DNA of 64,000 nucleotides from Paraspadella gotoi (GCA_051294375.1 CM119268.1:13713037-13777036), one strand, 5' to 3'; positions 50,168 through 64,000 are shown, numbered from the stretch's first letter. Made by a program: numbers and translations. The notes: generated by a model not told the origin, from the letters alone.

Positions 50168-51901
50168 CTACTTTTCTTCGCTTTCATCTTCCAATTTTTC
50201 TTTCTCCACCCTCACCCACTGAGATTCCAGTTCCGGTGTCTCCTTCGCCGGCACCAAATCCAGTTTCTTAAACTCGTCTTTTAATGTGTCTTGCTCCCCC
50301 GCGATTGCCCCAAATGCTATATTCATTTTCTTTAGCTCCAACGATTTTGTGTCATGCTCCACCATCAGTCTACCATGTTCAGCTTCCTGTTTCTTAAGCT
50401 CCTCCTTCATGGCGTCCTGCTCCAACAAAGTTGTACTAAATGGGACATCAAGTTTCTTCCGCTCCACTTTCTTTTCGTCATGCATATCTCCATCGAGTCT
50501 TTTCAAATCCAACTTAATTGCATCCCGCTCCACAACAATTACGCCCTGTTTAAAATCCTGTATCTTATGTTCCACAATCATTGCATCCTGCTTCACTACA
50601 TTTTTACTATGTGCAGCATCTATTTTCTCCAGCGCCATCTTCATTGCGTCCTGCTCCACAACATCCAATATCTTTAAGTCCATCTTCATTGCATCCTGTT
50701 CAACGCCCTGTTCAACATCCACACTTGAACCGTATGCAACGTCCATTGTCTTGTGCTCTGTCCTCAATGCGTCTTGCTCCCCCTCAGTTGCACTATATTC
50801 AACATCCAGTTTCTTCAGGTCCACCTCCATCGATTTCAGCTCCAACACATTTAAATTCTTTTGCTCCTCCTCCTCTTTCTCTCGCTCTCCTTCCCATCGC
50901 TCCAGTTCCGCGTCAATTTCCTCCCACTCCTCTTCTCCCAACGACTCCTCTTCCTCCCTCTCATCCTCTCCTTTTTCCTCCTTTCTCTTCCTCAACCCTT
51001 TGGCTAAAGTGACGACTACGATGGTGACGAAGACGATGGCCACGCCCACCGCCTCCATCTGCGTCAACGTCTCCCCGAAGAACACCATCGCCATGAGCGA
51101 AGTGACGCCGATGGCGGCGGCGTTGACGATGTTGCCCATCATCCCGGCGAGGCCGACGTCGAAGGCTTCCATCTCGTAGCAGCCGATCTGTTGCGCGAGT
51201 CGGTAGATGGTAGAGATGCCACCAGCGAGACCCATGGCTGCCGACCCGATCGACGACGTCGACGCTACCGCCGCCGCGCCCCCTGCGACGCCGAAGCAGA
51301 CGCAGGCGACGAGGCAGCTGCCAAGGAGACGAAGGACGAGAAAGTTGGACCAATGCTCGTCATTGGTGGCGCCGAAAAAGTAGGGATACAAAAGGATGTT
51401 GACGCAGACAAAGGCGGACAACGCGTAGGCGTATCCCGGCGCCGAGACGGGCTCGTTAAAAAGAAACGCCGGATGCGTCGTCAGCAGGAGACCGATCAGC
51501 GCCGCGACGACGCCGCCAACGTCGACGGCGTCGACGCAGCGGCGCCGTATAAGCGCCGTCAGCGCCGGAACGAAGAGGAGACCCGAGACGTTGATGGCGG
51601 CCAAGATGCCGAGCGGCATGACGACCGCGGCGGCGCGCATCGCCATGAAGGTGATTTCCATGAGGAGACCGAGTAACGCGAACGACGCCAGGCGACGAGG
51701 CGACTTCACCGTCCAATTCCGCCAGGCGACAGGCACCAGAGGAAGAGTGCTCACCGCCTCGCCGAAGAAGAAAAAGACGTAAGCGATGGGCGTGGAGAGA
51801 GAACCGGAAACGCGGAAGATGTTGAAGTTGACGCTGACGAGACAGACGTAGAGGACGAGGAATAGGAGCCCGCGGCCGAGGAGGGACACGTCCGCGAACA
51901 T
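50168..51901 (-). CDS. Intronless EamA/DMT (SLC35G-like) membrane transporter with acidic, repeat-containing C-terminal extension, 577 aa
   Basis: About 300 aa with roughly 10 hydrophobic segments and DMT-like motifs (MPLG..AAI, DVGGVVAALIGLLL..HPAFLF, FFGETLT..E..GV.IV), followed by a Glu-rich linker and EQDA repeats. Confidence 0.8.
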   Translation of the reverse strand: MFADVSLLGRGLLFLVLYVCLVSVNFNIFRVSGSLSTPIAYVFFFFGEAVSTLPLVPVAWRNWTVKSPRRLASFALLGLLMEITFMAMRAAAVVMPLGILAAINVSGLLFVPALTALIRRRCVDAVDVGGVVAALIGLLLTTHPAFLFNEPVSAPGYAYALSAFVCVNILLYPYFFGATNDEHWSNFLVLRLLGSCLVACVCFGVAGGAAAVASTSSIGSAAMGLAGGISTIYRLAQQIGCYEMEAFDVGLAGMMGNIVNAAAIGVTSLMAMVFFGETLTQMEAVGVAIVFVTIVVVTLAKGLRKRKEEKGEDEREEEESLGEEEWEEIDAELERWEGEREKEEEEQKNLNVLELKSMEVDLKKLDVEYSATEGEQDALRTEHKTMDVAYGSSVDVEQGVEQDAMKMDLKILDVVEQDAMKMALEKIDAAHSKNVVKQDAMIVEHKIQDFKQGVIVVERDAIKLDLKRLDGDMHDEKKVERKKLDVPFSTTLLEQDAMKEELKKQEAEHGRLMVEHDTKSLELKKMNIAFGAIAGEQDTLKDEFKKLDLVPAKETPELESQWVRVEKEKLEDESEEK

Positions 51902-52858
51902 GGCGAGTGAAGGAAGAGACGGAGATAGAGACAGAGACAGAGACAGAGTCGGAGAGGCGGAGGATGAAAAGAGAATCTCAGTGACGGAGGGAGTTCACAA
52001 AGTCAAACGGATTCCTCATCGTTAATTAAATTTATCGTAGGCCGTTTTCGGCGCGGGCCATCGGTGCTAATGAGCGACTTTAGAATTTGAAGAGGATTTT
52101 TTACTTATTTATATATCGTTTAACTTTTTGAAATTTTCTATGAAATACATTTCAAAAACATAGCAAAAAAAGATACATTTACAAAAATTTACTGTTCAAA
52201 AGACTAATTATTGAGAAAAGTGTGTCGAATCAAATTGACCAAAAAAGTTCGAATTATAAATAACAGTTTGACAACAAAAACAAAAAGATTACTTGAGAAA
52301 ACAAGGAACGGCCAATCTCTTTTGTTCCGCAGCAATAACTTTCGTTTTCACATGGTCGCATCAGGAGGTAATCACGTATTTGCCATTTATCTAATGGATT
52401 TGCTCGCGGGTCCGCGGCGCACAAAAAACTAAAAGGTGAGACAAGATACCTAAAAAATATTATCTTGTAAGAAGTGATGGAGGCCTTAAACCACCAAAGC
52501 CTGTCCAAAGTCAGGGGCAAGATTGCTTATTTATTAAAATGAATTGGATAATTTTTATATTGGTTGTACCAATTTCATAAAAATTCAGCTCCTTGTATTT
52601 TGATGCTGGGCGGAGTATAATATAGTATTCCCCGATCTAATACTTAATAATTGTTGTAATACAAAAACAAAATTTGTATTTAATTATTAGAATTTAAAGT
52701 TGTTAAGTTTCAAGGGAATTAGTTTGAGAGAAGAAATTTTGTATTGTTTTAAAAACAACGGATTTTTAAAAATGGAAACAAATAACTTACATGTTTAGCT
52801 ATTTTTTAAGTCTTCTTTAGCGCGAATTAAATGATTTTAAATTTTTTTTAAATGTGAA

Positions 52859-52901
<43 letters not shown>

Positions 52902-54454
52902 AAAGGAGAGAGAGAGAGAAGAGAGAGAGAGAAGAGAGAGAGGGGGTTTCCAACAAAGAATTTGAAAAAGGACAGTGCTTGTTTGAGGACAGATTAAGAT
53001 TGAGAAATAGAGGTGGAGAGAGTGGAAGTTTAATGAAATTCAATCAGATATTTGAGTTTAAGTGAATACATTTTGACAATGTAATGGGAAATGGTACATC
53101 GGGCCATGACACTTTTTTAAACTTAAGTTTTCCTAAAGATTTACATTGATTATTAACCGCAAGCTTTTAAAACAAAAATAGCAAAGGAATAAAAATTACA
53201 GATATCGATAAAAATATCTTAGAAACAGTATTCAAAATCTTCTCTAGTTTTTTAAAGGTAAGTGTATTAAAACTTGAAGTAATTTTTGGTCATAAAATTT
53301 TAACCAAAAGGTATTTTATATTTTAAAAATAAGGTATTCTTTATTCATTTAAAGGGGTTGCTGAGTGTGCTCCAGATCCTTCAAGAGAGGCTTCTCTTTA
53401 AACCTAGGCTTAATTCATGCAATTTTTTTGGATCTGACCAATTTTTGTATCATCTTACATCATCCAAAATTTAATTTTAAAATAGTAATTTTATGAAAAA
53501 TAAAAAAAGGAACAGAAAGTATCCTCCAGGATGTAACCACACCACTAAATAAAAATCAAATGTTGTGTTGAAGCAAATTCGATGAGATTTGGGCAAACAT
53601 ACTTTTTTATACCCCCACATATTGTGCCGGATTTAAATTGAGCTACTTATGATTTTGAATTTTTGGCACCCCCTAAGGACCCGTTCCATGGCTGCGAGAG
53701 GGTTAAAGAAGTTGCGGATAGTCATCTTCAGCCCCACTGACGCCTTACCGAACTTTTCTTATAAAAACTTAATATGTATAATAGAACACGTTTCAGAAGT
53801 TTTATCGATTCTTTCGGGTCAAGTGAAGTCTGACCCGTCAGAAAAAAAAAATTTAATCCATATCTTCGTCGTTTAAGAAATTTAAAAGTTGAAACGTGTT
53901 GATTTTCGATAGTCTGTGGATTGTGAAAAGAGAAAAAACAATTTTAAGTGTCAGTCAAAGTTGTTTGAAGTAAAGCTTCGTTAACAAAGTTAAAAAATAG
54001 CACGAAATAAAAAAAAAAGAAAAGAAGGGAAAAAAATAGAGTGAGGGGTAAAGGGGAAAGGAGTGCCCGAGGGAGAAGGGAACGCGCAGAAAAAACTTCT
54101 TTTTTTTTTAAACACAATAAGTTGAAATCGTTCGTCCTATGAGTTCTTCTATCGGACGAGCTGCAGTCGACTCTCTAGTTATTGTCGACAAAAGAAAAAA
54201 TGCGTTCAAAAAGATTTAATGTAAGGAAAGAACATTTTCATAGATTTTCAATTTCATTATAAATCCTTTTTACGAAAATGATACTAAAGTCTGCTATATA
54301 AAAGAGTTCTATTCCCGATGCTCCGTTTCAGTTTTTTTTTTCCTTTTTTTTTCAAAATCTTCCTGTTTCAAATTTCGTTTTTTGTTTTACCTGAGGATTC
54401 CAACGTTTTTTCTCCGTCGTCTTATTTTCTTTTATTACGTTAATTCCGGGTATA

Positions 54455-54566
<112 letters not shown>

Positions 54567-56824
54567 GATATTAATTTTTGTTCAACAATACTCCCTGTCC
54601 TTTCTGTCACTGTCTCCTCTTGTCTTTTCCCAACTCCGCTTTGTCGTTCCAGTCAACTAATTCATCTTCGCTTTTGTCGTCGTCGTCGTCATCGTCGCCA
54701 CTGTCGTCGTCGCCTCGCTTTAAAGTCCCATCTGGCATTCTTCGCGACAAGGAAGACAAAAATTAGTTACCAAAGCGAAATCAAACTAAATAGAAGTTTC
54801 TTCATCAGCAGTCTGCATCATCGGTCGGTCTCATCCGAGAATTTCTAATCAGCTGTGACTAAAATGAGATGATTCGTGAGAAAANNNNNNNNNNNNNNNN
54901 NNNNNNNNNCTGTATAATATTGAGCTGTATTCCGTCAGTACAGTTGTCTTGAGAGAAAAGTATATAATCTATATAAGAGCCATTCAACTCCAGCGGCAAC
55001 TGTGAAACGACTGTCGAATCTATATACATAATCTCATAATCATGGCCTCAGAGAGAGAACGATAGATGTAATGGAACTTGTTGGTCCCTGGCAGAGAGAG
55101 AGACGACGAGTGAACTATATGAGAGAGAGAGATTATTTATAGAGAGACGGAGTAGAGAAGAGATATGAGAGATATTGAGAGAGGAGGAGAGCGGATCAGA
55201 CTATACTCTCAGGCTGCCTCCTCACTATATATCCCAATATTGACTATATGCACTCATCATCCTCAATTTTTGACCCGAAGCTTCTAACCCGTTATATCTA
55301 CGTCTCCACCCGGTTAAAATAACGGCAAAGAATCCTCTCTTCTCTCACTCCTCTCGAAATGGTTCCTAGGCCGCAGTTTTGGCACTCGCCTGGACGATCG
55401 GTTTGACTCGTGGTACTCGCTTTGACCGCGTCCCTATGGCATGCTCAGAACTGGTACTCTGGTCTCTCTCTTGTCGGGTTCGTAGATGACACTGTCAGGC
55501 TCACTCTCTCAGCAGCTCTGGCAGCGTACATATATCCTTCCTATATTTTCTGCGCTTTATATGCTGCCATGATCATATTATATCGGAACGTTTTAGGGCG
55601 ATTGTCTTCTCTACTGAATCTATATCACTCGGATAAGGGCGTGGGTAAGGACATGTTGGCGAGAAGTCATGTGGCCACTAGCGACTATTGTGTGGGTTCA
55701 GGGCAGAAATGAACTTAAGATTAGTTGGCATTAAATAGTGTGTGAGAGATTGCAAAGAGTGTAATAAGTATTTACTCCTGAGTGAGGAAGCTAGTGTGAA
55801 AATTCGAGTGTAAAAGATGATAGAAGAACAAAGTATTGGGATTTACCTCTCGATTCTCTACTACCCTTCGCATATTCTCATATAGCTTTCGCTGCTGTAA
55901 TACAACTACATTTGAAGTCGTCAAAGAGTGTCTAGCGCGATCTGCGTTTTCTCATATCTCCTAGTAGTCGTATCAAACGTACTCACGGCCTTGTATGACA
56001 TCGCGCTCATGGATTTCCATCATTTCGCTCAACTTAAAAATAAAACTGCTAAAGGTTTTTATTCTGCTTCTAGTTTTCTACAAACGAATTTAAATCCTTT
56101 CAATCATCACTCTACAGTTCCTCATAGGCCAAGAGACCATTTTAACACTCTTGAATTTGAAGCTTCTAAGTTAACTACGTCTCCACCGTGAAAAACGCAA
56201 AGTTTCCACGAGTTTGGATCCTGAGATCGTGAGTGGACTTCGCCTTGGAGTTTTTTTTTTGTGGTTCGAATGCAAACGGAGGCAACGCTGTCATTTTGGC
56301 TAAAATGAGATGAATGAGATTTAGGCGATTTTTTTAGATCTTATATGGAAGGAGGGCGGGGAGGAAGTTGGGAAAGTAAGTCGCACTGGCGATTATTTTG
56401 GTGTTTGGGAGTTGAATTAAGAGTGCATGTGGTGGATGAAGTAAGAAATCGAGAGAAGTTTGAGAGAAAAAGAAAGAAAAGGGATGGATTTACGATTCTC
56501 GAATGAATCAAAAACAAATCGAAAAACGATTTTCAAACTTTAATGGGAATCAAACGACTCACGGCCTTTATGGCATCGGCTCCATGGATTTCCATCAATT
56601 TCGTCAACTTAAAAAAATAAAACTGCTAAAAGTTTTTTTTATTCTGCTCTTAGTTTTTTCTACCAAACGAATTTAAATCCCTTTCAAAATAAAGTTCCTG
56701 CCTCCAAACTTTGTCGCCAACCGCCGATTGTACGTATATCTATCTATGTATGTATTTATGTATGTATTTGTGTATGTATGTATGTATGTATGTTTGTATG
56801 TATGTATGTATGTATGTATGTATG

Positions 56825-56855
<31 letters not shown>

Positions 56856-59163
56856 GTGGGATTTGTAATTTCTTTTTCGTAATTTTTTCCTTGCACTTTC
56901 CTTTTATTTTCTTTCGCGACTCCATTTTTTTTGCTTTTTATTTTTCATTATTTCCGACAATCAATGGCTTCTTTCAAGCTACTTAATCATGTCCTAGCTC
57001 CATCTATCTTTTATCTAGAGCACCAACCCATGTACAAAAAAAAACTTTTCTTGCTTTTTCTGTTTCCTTCCATATTTGGAACCATCCACATCGCCAGGCT
57101 TCCTCCAAATCCTGACCAGATTTTCTTTGCCAGTCCTCCGGTCTCACAGACTCACGCGGCGAATCCTCTTCTCTTTAGATATTTCTCCTCCACCCCGATT
57201 CCCTTTCCTGAGACGTGCGTCACTGCGTCGTTGTGTCAACCGAGCAAATCCCCTTTTCTCTCGGAGTCGCGAGTAAAACCGTTTTGATCCTCCCGACTTT
57301 CCGCTCCGATCCATTTTCTCTCACCCTGATTCTCAGAGAAACACTTGAGTCTTTTCTCTTCCAGCTTTTTTCTTTTCCTCGCCACCTTAATAATTCCCTG
57401 TCCCTTCTCCTATGGATTTTTTTTACAATATGCTTTCTCCCATTAGTCTCCCAAGACTTGTCACTTAATTCTGTCATAAACTTTAAGTAATGTAAAAACC
57501 TTTTCCCGTCTAATCTCTTTCTCTCGACTTTTTTCCCCATCTACTTTCAAACTATTCATCTACTTTTAAACACCAACCTCTTTTNNNNNNNNNNCCATCT
57601 ACTTTCAAACGATTCATCTACTTTTAAACACAAACCTCTTTTCCTTTCTTCTGGCATAACGATTCAAAATTTCCCTTATAAAATCCAATACCCGACCAGT
57701 TCCTCCTGGTTCAACTTCATCTGTTCACGCTACTTGTCTTCATCCGAATGCCTTCTCGATTCATCATTTTGCCCTCTGATTTTCCAGAATCTATTTATCA
57801 TCTGATGAAATGCACCCGTACTGCTTAACATATCTACTCCAAAAAGAGGGAAGAAAGGAAGAGAGTTAAAGGAGAGATATTAAGAGAAAGAGAGAGTGAT
57901 TATTTAATCAATGGCAATGCCAATGCCATCAAACTGCCATGTCGATGTGAAAAATTTCTTTTTTAATTTCCTCGCATAAAATTATTCGATGACAAACCTA
58001 GCAAGCTCTTCGAACATTGCAGTACCAAGCTCTTCATTGTCGGGGCCCCAACGCGAAATGTTTTTCCTCTTCCCTCTTCCCCCTCGCAACGCCCCCCTCC
58101 CTCCGTTGATACCCAACCGTGACGTTCCATCCATGATTGCGCCGAGGAAAACGAAACCCGGGGCGTGGCGAGATGAAAAAAAACATCAAGGATCCCGATT
58201 AAAACCAGAAGAAGAAAGGTAAGTATCCATAAAAGGAAGGAGAATGAAGGAAGGTTTTTCGAGCTTATTTCGTTCGGTTCGTAAATATATTCTTTTTCTT
58301 ATTTACTCTGGCTTCCTTATTTCTTAAAAAAAAAAAGTTTTTTGCCTTCTCTCTCAAGTCTCACTAATTCTTTGCACAAAACTAATTGGAATTATCGACT
58401 TCCGTCCTTTAACCTTTAACGTGATCAAGAGTACGTAGTTTCGAGTATCTCTGTATCTCTGTATCTCTCTCAATGTTTCTCACTCTTTCCTAATTCTTTC
58501 TTCCACTTTTCTTCTTTCAGACTTCCCCTTTCTTTCTCTCCCGCGTTGGAGGGAATCAAAAGATTCCGCTCAGAAAAAAGAAAACCGCCCGCCTTCTGTT
58601 CGCTCCTTTTGGCCAGACATAAAACGCTTGCAGTGCGATTTGCACCGAATACAGGCCTTCTATCCCTACTATACAATACTGTACGTACATTAAAACGTTT
58701 GTGCTGACTTCGAGGATTTTTAGATTTGGAAAAAGAATTTCGTAATATTTAGGTAAAAAAGAAAGTTTTCAATATTTTATAGCTAAGTACGAAAATGACT
58801 GTAAACAAATCGGAGGGAATAAACGAACGTATTTTCATCATCATTCTCGTCGCCACTGCTGTTGTCTTCACCATATTCACGAAAGTCCGTGCGTCATCGT
58901 CTTCGTCGTCGTCATCTTTACAGTAAACAAACGGCCGACGATTAATGGCGAATCGCCTTTCCCGTATATTGACGTACGATAAACGTTGCTATGACGACGG
59001 TCAATGATCTTACTCTTTCTCTATAATAACCTAGTATGTAAAAAAGTAGCTCGGTAATAAACTACAAGCAGTCAGAAAAGAGTGTCATATTATATCGAGG
59101 TTCTTCCAAAAAGGTTTCTGGAGGACACGACAGAAGTTGTCAAGTCTGGTGTCTTAAATTTAA

Positions 59164-59255
<92 letters not shown>

Positions 59256-59351
59256 ATTATTGCCTCTCCCCATCTCATCTCTTTCGTTTCTTTCTTGTTC
59301 CTTCTTCGCAATAAAACGAACATCCCAGGAACTGAAGATGAGAAGACAGAA

Positions 59352-59385
<34 letters not shown>

Positions 59386-59628
59386 TTTGCGACTTCAAAG
59401 GGACATAAAGAAAGGAAAAGCAAACTAGAATAGACGAGAAAGTTTTCCAGGTTTTTTCTGTTTGTCTGACTCCAAGTCAACTAATGCGTTTTTGTAGACC
59501 ATTTCCAGATACGCTATGTCTATGAATAATAAAATTAAACAAATAAACTAAATCTGATTCTAACTAACGTTTATTATTTAGCATCAGTCGCTGGAATGTG
59601 ATTTATCTTCTAGCCAATATAGTACAGC

Positions 59629-59771
<143 letters not shown>

Positions 59772-60280
59772 GTCAACGTCGGCCTCAGAGACAAAAAAAA
59801 CTTGGTGAGAGATAATTATGTATATTTTCTCAGATTAACTTCGTTTGCGTCAGTAATCAACAGTTTTCCCAGGATTTCTTTACACGAGCTTTGCTGCTTA
59901 ATTAACTAACTTAATTAACATAATTAATTTGTTGGACTCAAATTCTTGAAGAATTACGATTTGTTTTGCGCTATGTAATCTGAGGATGCATTATCGGTTA
60001 ATATAGTAGCCGAACACATTCTGCATTGATTGATAACGCCAGTCGAGGCGGAGAGAGGTTTTTAAACCCTATTGGGAGACTTTCCTTCCATTCCCATGTT
60101 TTTTTTTTTGTCACGCCTCATCCGAATTCTAACCACATACAGTTTACCATACATACTAATAAAATTTTGCAATTTCCACGTCAAACCAAATTCGAAAAAA
60201 AAAAAAAAAAACAAAGCCAAAACAGCACGCTCGACTCGCTAATTTCTTCCCGACAACAATTATTTATCCCCTCAACTTAC

Positions 60281-60448
60281 CCACGATTATGAAGTTGGTG
60301 GCGAAGTAGCAAGAGTGAGTCCCGAAGTAAAGCAGCTTGCAGATGGCGTCCGAGAGAGAGATAGAGTCTTTCAGTTTGTAGAAGATCCATTGAAGGCAGA
60401 CGAACCATAGGACAAGGGTGTCGAAGACGGCGATGGCCGAGAGGTAGA
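60281..60448 (-). CDS. GPCR exon 2 (TM2 to TM3)
   Basis: VYLSAIAVFDTLVLW...DAICKLLYFGTHSCYFATNFIIV. ag acceptor and gtaagt donor, phases 1/1. Confidence 0.9.
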
Positions 60449-60709
60449 CTGAATTGGAGATAAAGATAAATACATATTTAAATTAAAATGAGTAAAATAG
60501 ACAAACGTGTGGATAACTCGCTAAGAGAAGCGAATATGACTATCTGTAATTAAGCTCGAGGGTCGCTAAGCCCCAAGGCTGTTTAAGGGCATCTTAACGC
60601 TTCCCATATGAAAGGTAAGTAAGGGCTGGGATTACCCAAGTCATTAGACGATATCTTTACACAAAACCCCCTTGCCCCAAACCCCTTATTCCCCTCCAAC
60701 CACCTTTAC

Positions 60710-61124
60710 CTATCATCGATGAGTGTCGCATGCTCCCCTTTTGCATGACCACCAATGAGAATAGGTTGCCCACAGTTCCGCCCACGCAGATGGAGATTTG
60801 GAGGAAAAAGTTTATCTGAATGACGAGGTGGTAGTGGCGCATCGCCTCGCGCAGCGCCGCGTCGTCGTCCGTCGACGCGGCGACGCCGAGGCTGTCGTTG
60901 AGGATGGAATCGGCGGGAGACTCGGAGGATTCGAAGGGAGAGAGAGTGGAGTTAAGGAGATGGAGACGGAGAGACTCGGAGTCGAGGGTGGTGTGGTTTG
61001 AGTCGGAAGAAGAGAGGAGTGGGAGGAGGGTAAGAGGAGAAGAGGGAGGAAAGAAAGGTGATTGAGAGGACGAGGAGTTGGAATAAGGAGGAGGAAAGGA
61101 GGAAGAGAACGAGAAGGAAGTCAT
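60710..61124 (-). CDS. Rhodopsin-class neuropeptide GPCR (FMRFamide-receptor-like), exon 1: Ser/Pro-rich N-terminus and TM1
   Basis: MTSFSF... with N-glycosylation sequons (NSS, NHT, NST, NDS). TM1 reads CVGGTVGNLFSLVVMQKGSMRHSSMI. Donor g|gtaaag. Confidence 0.85.
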
Positions 61125-61735
61125 TTTTTTTATTTTACGTCAAAGACGATGACGATAAAATTCGGTGTAAAAGAAATTTAGTTCAGCGTTGATCGGAATA
61201 AATTTTGCCTTTTAGCTGAAGAAGATTATAAAAAATATTATAAAAAGGAATCGAGTGAACTTGTTGTGAAATCTAATCAAGTGAATGAAAAATATTAGAT
61301 GAAGAGTCTGTATTGAAAAAAAAAACAATAATGTAGTTCATAATGGTTATTAGAATTGTAAGTTGTAAAAAGTGGAGCTTAGGATAAAAAGTTGTGCACA
61401 TAACTATTTGTGGCACGGGGTAAAGAGTAAATTTCGTTGTAAAACGTACGTTCACAATTTGCATATTTGCAAATGGCGACATTCTTCTTTTGGGTTTGAA
61501 TCGTTCATGATTATATACTAGAAAACTTTTGACTTTTTTCTCCTATTAAGCTGCGGTACACATTTTAAGCGAAAATATAATTGTGCTCGACGTTTGATAG
61601 TAGACATTTGATACAATAGACAAAGGGAAAGAAAAAAACTGCAAAGTTTTAGATTTGAGCAGATGGTGATATTCGCTCGTTGCTTCGCTGACATTTGTCA
61701 ACGTTCCGACGAACTAAGACAATGACCCTTGACAA

Positions 61736-61832
<97 letters not shown>

Positions 61833-62658
61833 AAGAGAGAACCTCGCTGAGATTTTTTTGATTAATGATTTTTTTTTAATCTTTCACATAAAAAGTTGAG
61901 GGAAAAACAAACCTAAAAATGGAAAACGGCCATTTTAGTTTAGTTCAACAATCTTTATTTTTGTGTTATTAAAACGTCAAATATTTCCTGTTCGTTCCAA
62001 TTCAAATCAGTGGTAATTGCCCAACATTAGGACAAAAACCTTTTTTTTTTTCTGCCCGAAATTTTGACAGAAAACGGGAGCACGATGCCCGTTTGACGCA
62101 AAAAAAAATATTTTGATGCAGGCGTCACCCCTGTGACAAATTGACGACGGAAAAACGTAAAAAGGTACGACGCGTTACTCAACGAACTCGGATGAACGTG
62201 GCGGGAAACCGACGTCACGTCAGGGTTTCGAATTGCTTTTTTTTTTTTCATGTATCATACTCGATCAAAATATTAATCTTTCTTTTCAGAGGAGCAAGAG
62301 CTGTCATTTTCAGTTCGATAGAGCAAGAGAAAATTCTTCGCGAGTGAGGCGAGTAAGTTCAATGGCGGAACGGGTAAGTTCAAAGGGGATAACGGAATAG
62401 CGGAGGGGGGGCAAAAAGGAGGTCATCGACGAACTCATCCTTCACAACTACTGTTTTCTCTCCTTTTCCAGGTAAGTCGTAAAAAAGGTCCTTTTCGAAA
62501 TAATATCCTCCCCTTAAAAAGAGGACGGGATTTTTATGGGTGATCTCTCGCCCGTTCGCGGCGTTCGTGGACCGGATGGTCTTTTTAATGTAAAAGATTT
62601 ATGGGTCTTGGCTGGAGGCGGGGAAAGGCTAGTTGAAGAAAGAGTAGGGTAATGTTTT

Positions 62659-62900
62659 AGGCGAGATTGTCGGATCAGGGGGGGGGAGTTAGAGGCAGGT
62701 GTAAATTTAGTGAAGGGATTGTTGGAGAAGTCAGAATAGGGTGAGATAGTGTTGGAAAATATTAGAGGCGAGATTGTCGGATGTGGGGGAAAGTTTAGTG
62801 AAGGGATTATTGCAGAAGGCAGAATAGGGTGAGATAGTGTTGGATAATATTAGAGGCGAGATTGTCGGATCGTGGGGGGAAAGTTAGTGAAGGGATTTGA
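62659..62900. repeat. About 90-105-bp tandem repeat, about 2.5 copies
   Basis: aggcgagattgtcggat...agtgaagggatt...cagaatagggtgagatagtgttgga recurs. Confidence 0.75.
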
Positions 62901-63725
62901 ACTTATGCAAATGTCCGACTCCATAACTACTACACCTCCGACTTTCCCCCCCCAGGCTCGCACCTTTTCTCTTCTCTGACTGAAACNNNNNNNNNNNNNN
63001 NNNNNNNNNNNTGGTATTTAATTAGATGGTCAGAGCATGATCAAATGTTACCCAGATTGAAAGGTTAAAGGAACTGATTTCTAGCTTCCTGCTTGCCTTG
63101 CTGCTTGACTACTACTTTATTTCTTTTTTTTTTCTTTCTTTTCTTTCTCTCTCTCTCTCTCTCCTCTTCTCTTCTCTCTCCTTTCTTTTCTTTTCCTTTC
63201 TTTTCTTTTCTTTCTTTCTTCTTTCTTTCTTTCTTTCTTTTTCTTTCTTTCTTTTCTTTTCTTTCTTTCTTCTTTCGTTTCTTCTCTTTCTTTCCTCTCA
63301 AAAAGAATGGAAAAGAAAAAAACTTTTAAAATCTCCACAGTTAATTAATTCTTGGGAATAATTTAGCGGAAAAGCTTTATTTAAAAAAAAAAACTAATTA
63401 AAAAATCGAACATTTTATCGATTTATTATCTTCCCCTTTAAGCCTTCGCTTTAAAACGGAACGCGCCGAAGATTTACGAGCGCCGTGTATCGAAGGAGCG
63501 GGGAGAGGGAGACAGCGTGACGTGTAGGGTAAGAATACAAGAGATCATACAAGATGATTAAAAAAATTTTTAGTCACATTCCATGTGGCATGTCTTCAGC
63601 TTTGATTCATCGATTTTTTATAAATGGAGAGGGATCGGATAACCTTTGAGGCTCATTCAATTTGCATGTTTTTGTTTATTCATATCTGAAGATGATAATG
63701 AGGATCTGTGAGAGAGAGAGAGAGG

Positions 63726-63788
<63 letters not shown>

Positions 63789-64000
63789 CTCTCTACTCTC
63801 CTTTATATAATATTTAAATCGGACTTCCAACAAATCCAGTTGACGTTTTCTCTCTTTCTTGTCTCGACTTGCACAGTTTGTTATTTCAGCGAAACAGTTG
63901 TAGCGCTCGATTAGTTCCAACCCTGCACCCTCCGGCTCCACCCCTCTCTCCCTCACTTTTCACGGGCGGCCGGCGTCTCTCAAAGTCGATTTCGAAAATC

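Noticed and set aside
50286-51179. 297-aa plus-strand ORF and other overlapping ORFs at 50.3-51.8 kb
   Set aside because: Antisense or off-frame shadows of the EamA-repeat gene with no independent motif.
55410-55712. 100-aa hydrophobic ORF resembling a membrane protein
   Set aside because: Lies in error-rich duplicated fill sequence and has no family motif.
57537-57642. 48-bp direct repeat
   Set aside because: Flanks a 10-N gap, so it is most likely an unmerged contig overlap or a collapsed tandem repeat.

Overview
Gapped, AT-rich, microsatellite-dense eukaryotic (invertebrate animal-like) draft scaffold with GT-AG introns. Three genes are supported. (1) The 3' four exons of a GT31 beta-1,3-galactosyltransferase-like gene (+, 179-6149). 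Its long intron holds a second, diverged, noisy copy of the last two exons. (2) An 8-exon rhodopsin-class, FMRFamide-receptor-like GPCR (-, 61124 to 36653, about 489 aa reconstructed). Its TM7 exon is split by a 6.8-kb apparent inverted duplication (31062-37869 / 37895-44667) that is best explained as a mis-oriented long-read gap fill. (3) An intronless EamA/SLC35G-like transporter fused to a 21-residue-repeat acidic tail (-, 50168-51901), nested on the same strand in GPCR intron 2. Repeats include short palindromic elements with Penelope-type hammerhead-ribozyme cores, a Helentron/DINE-like element, MITE-like inverted repeats and minisatellites. Several 25-N gaps are flanked by error-rich, duplicated or inverted sequence, so structural claims need read-level checking. 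All family assignments come from manual motif reading; no database search was run.
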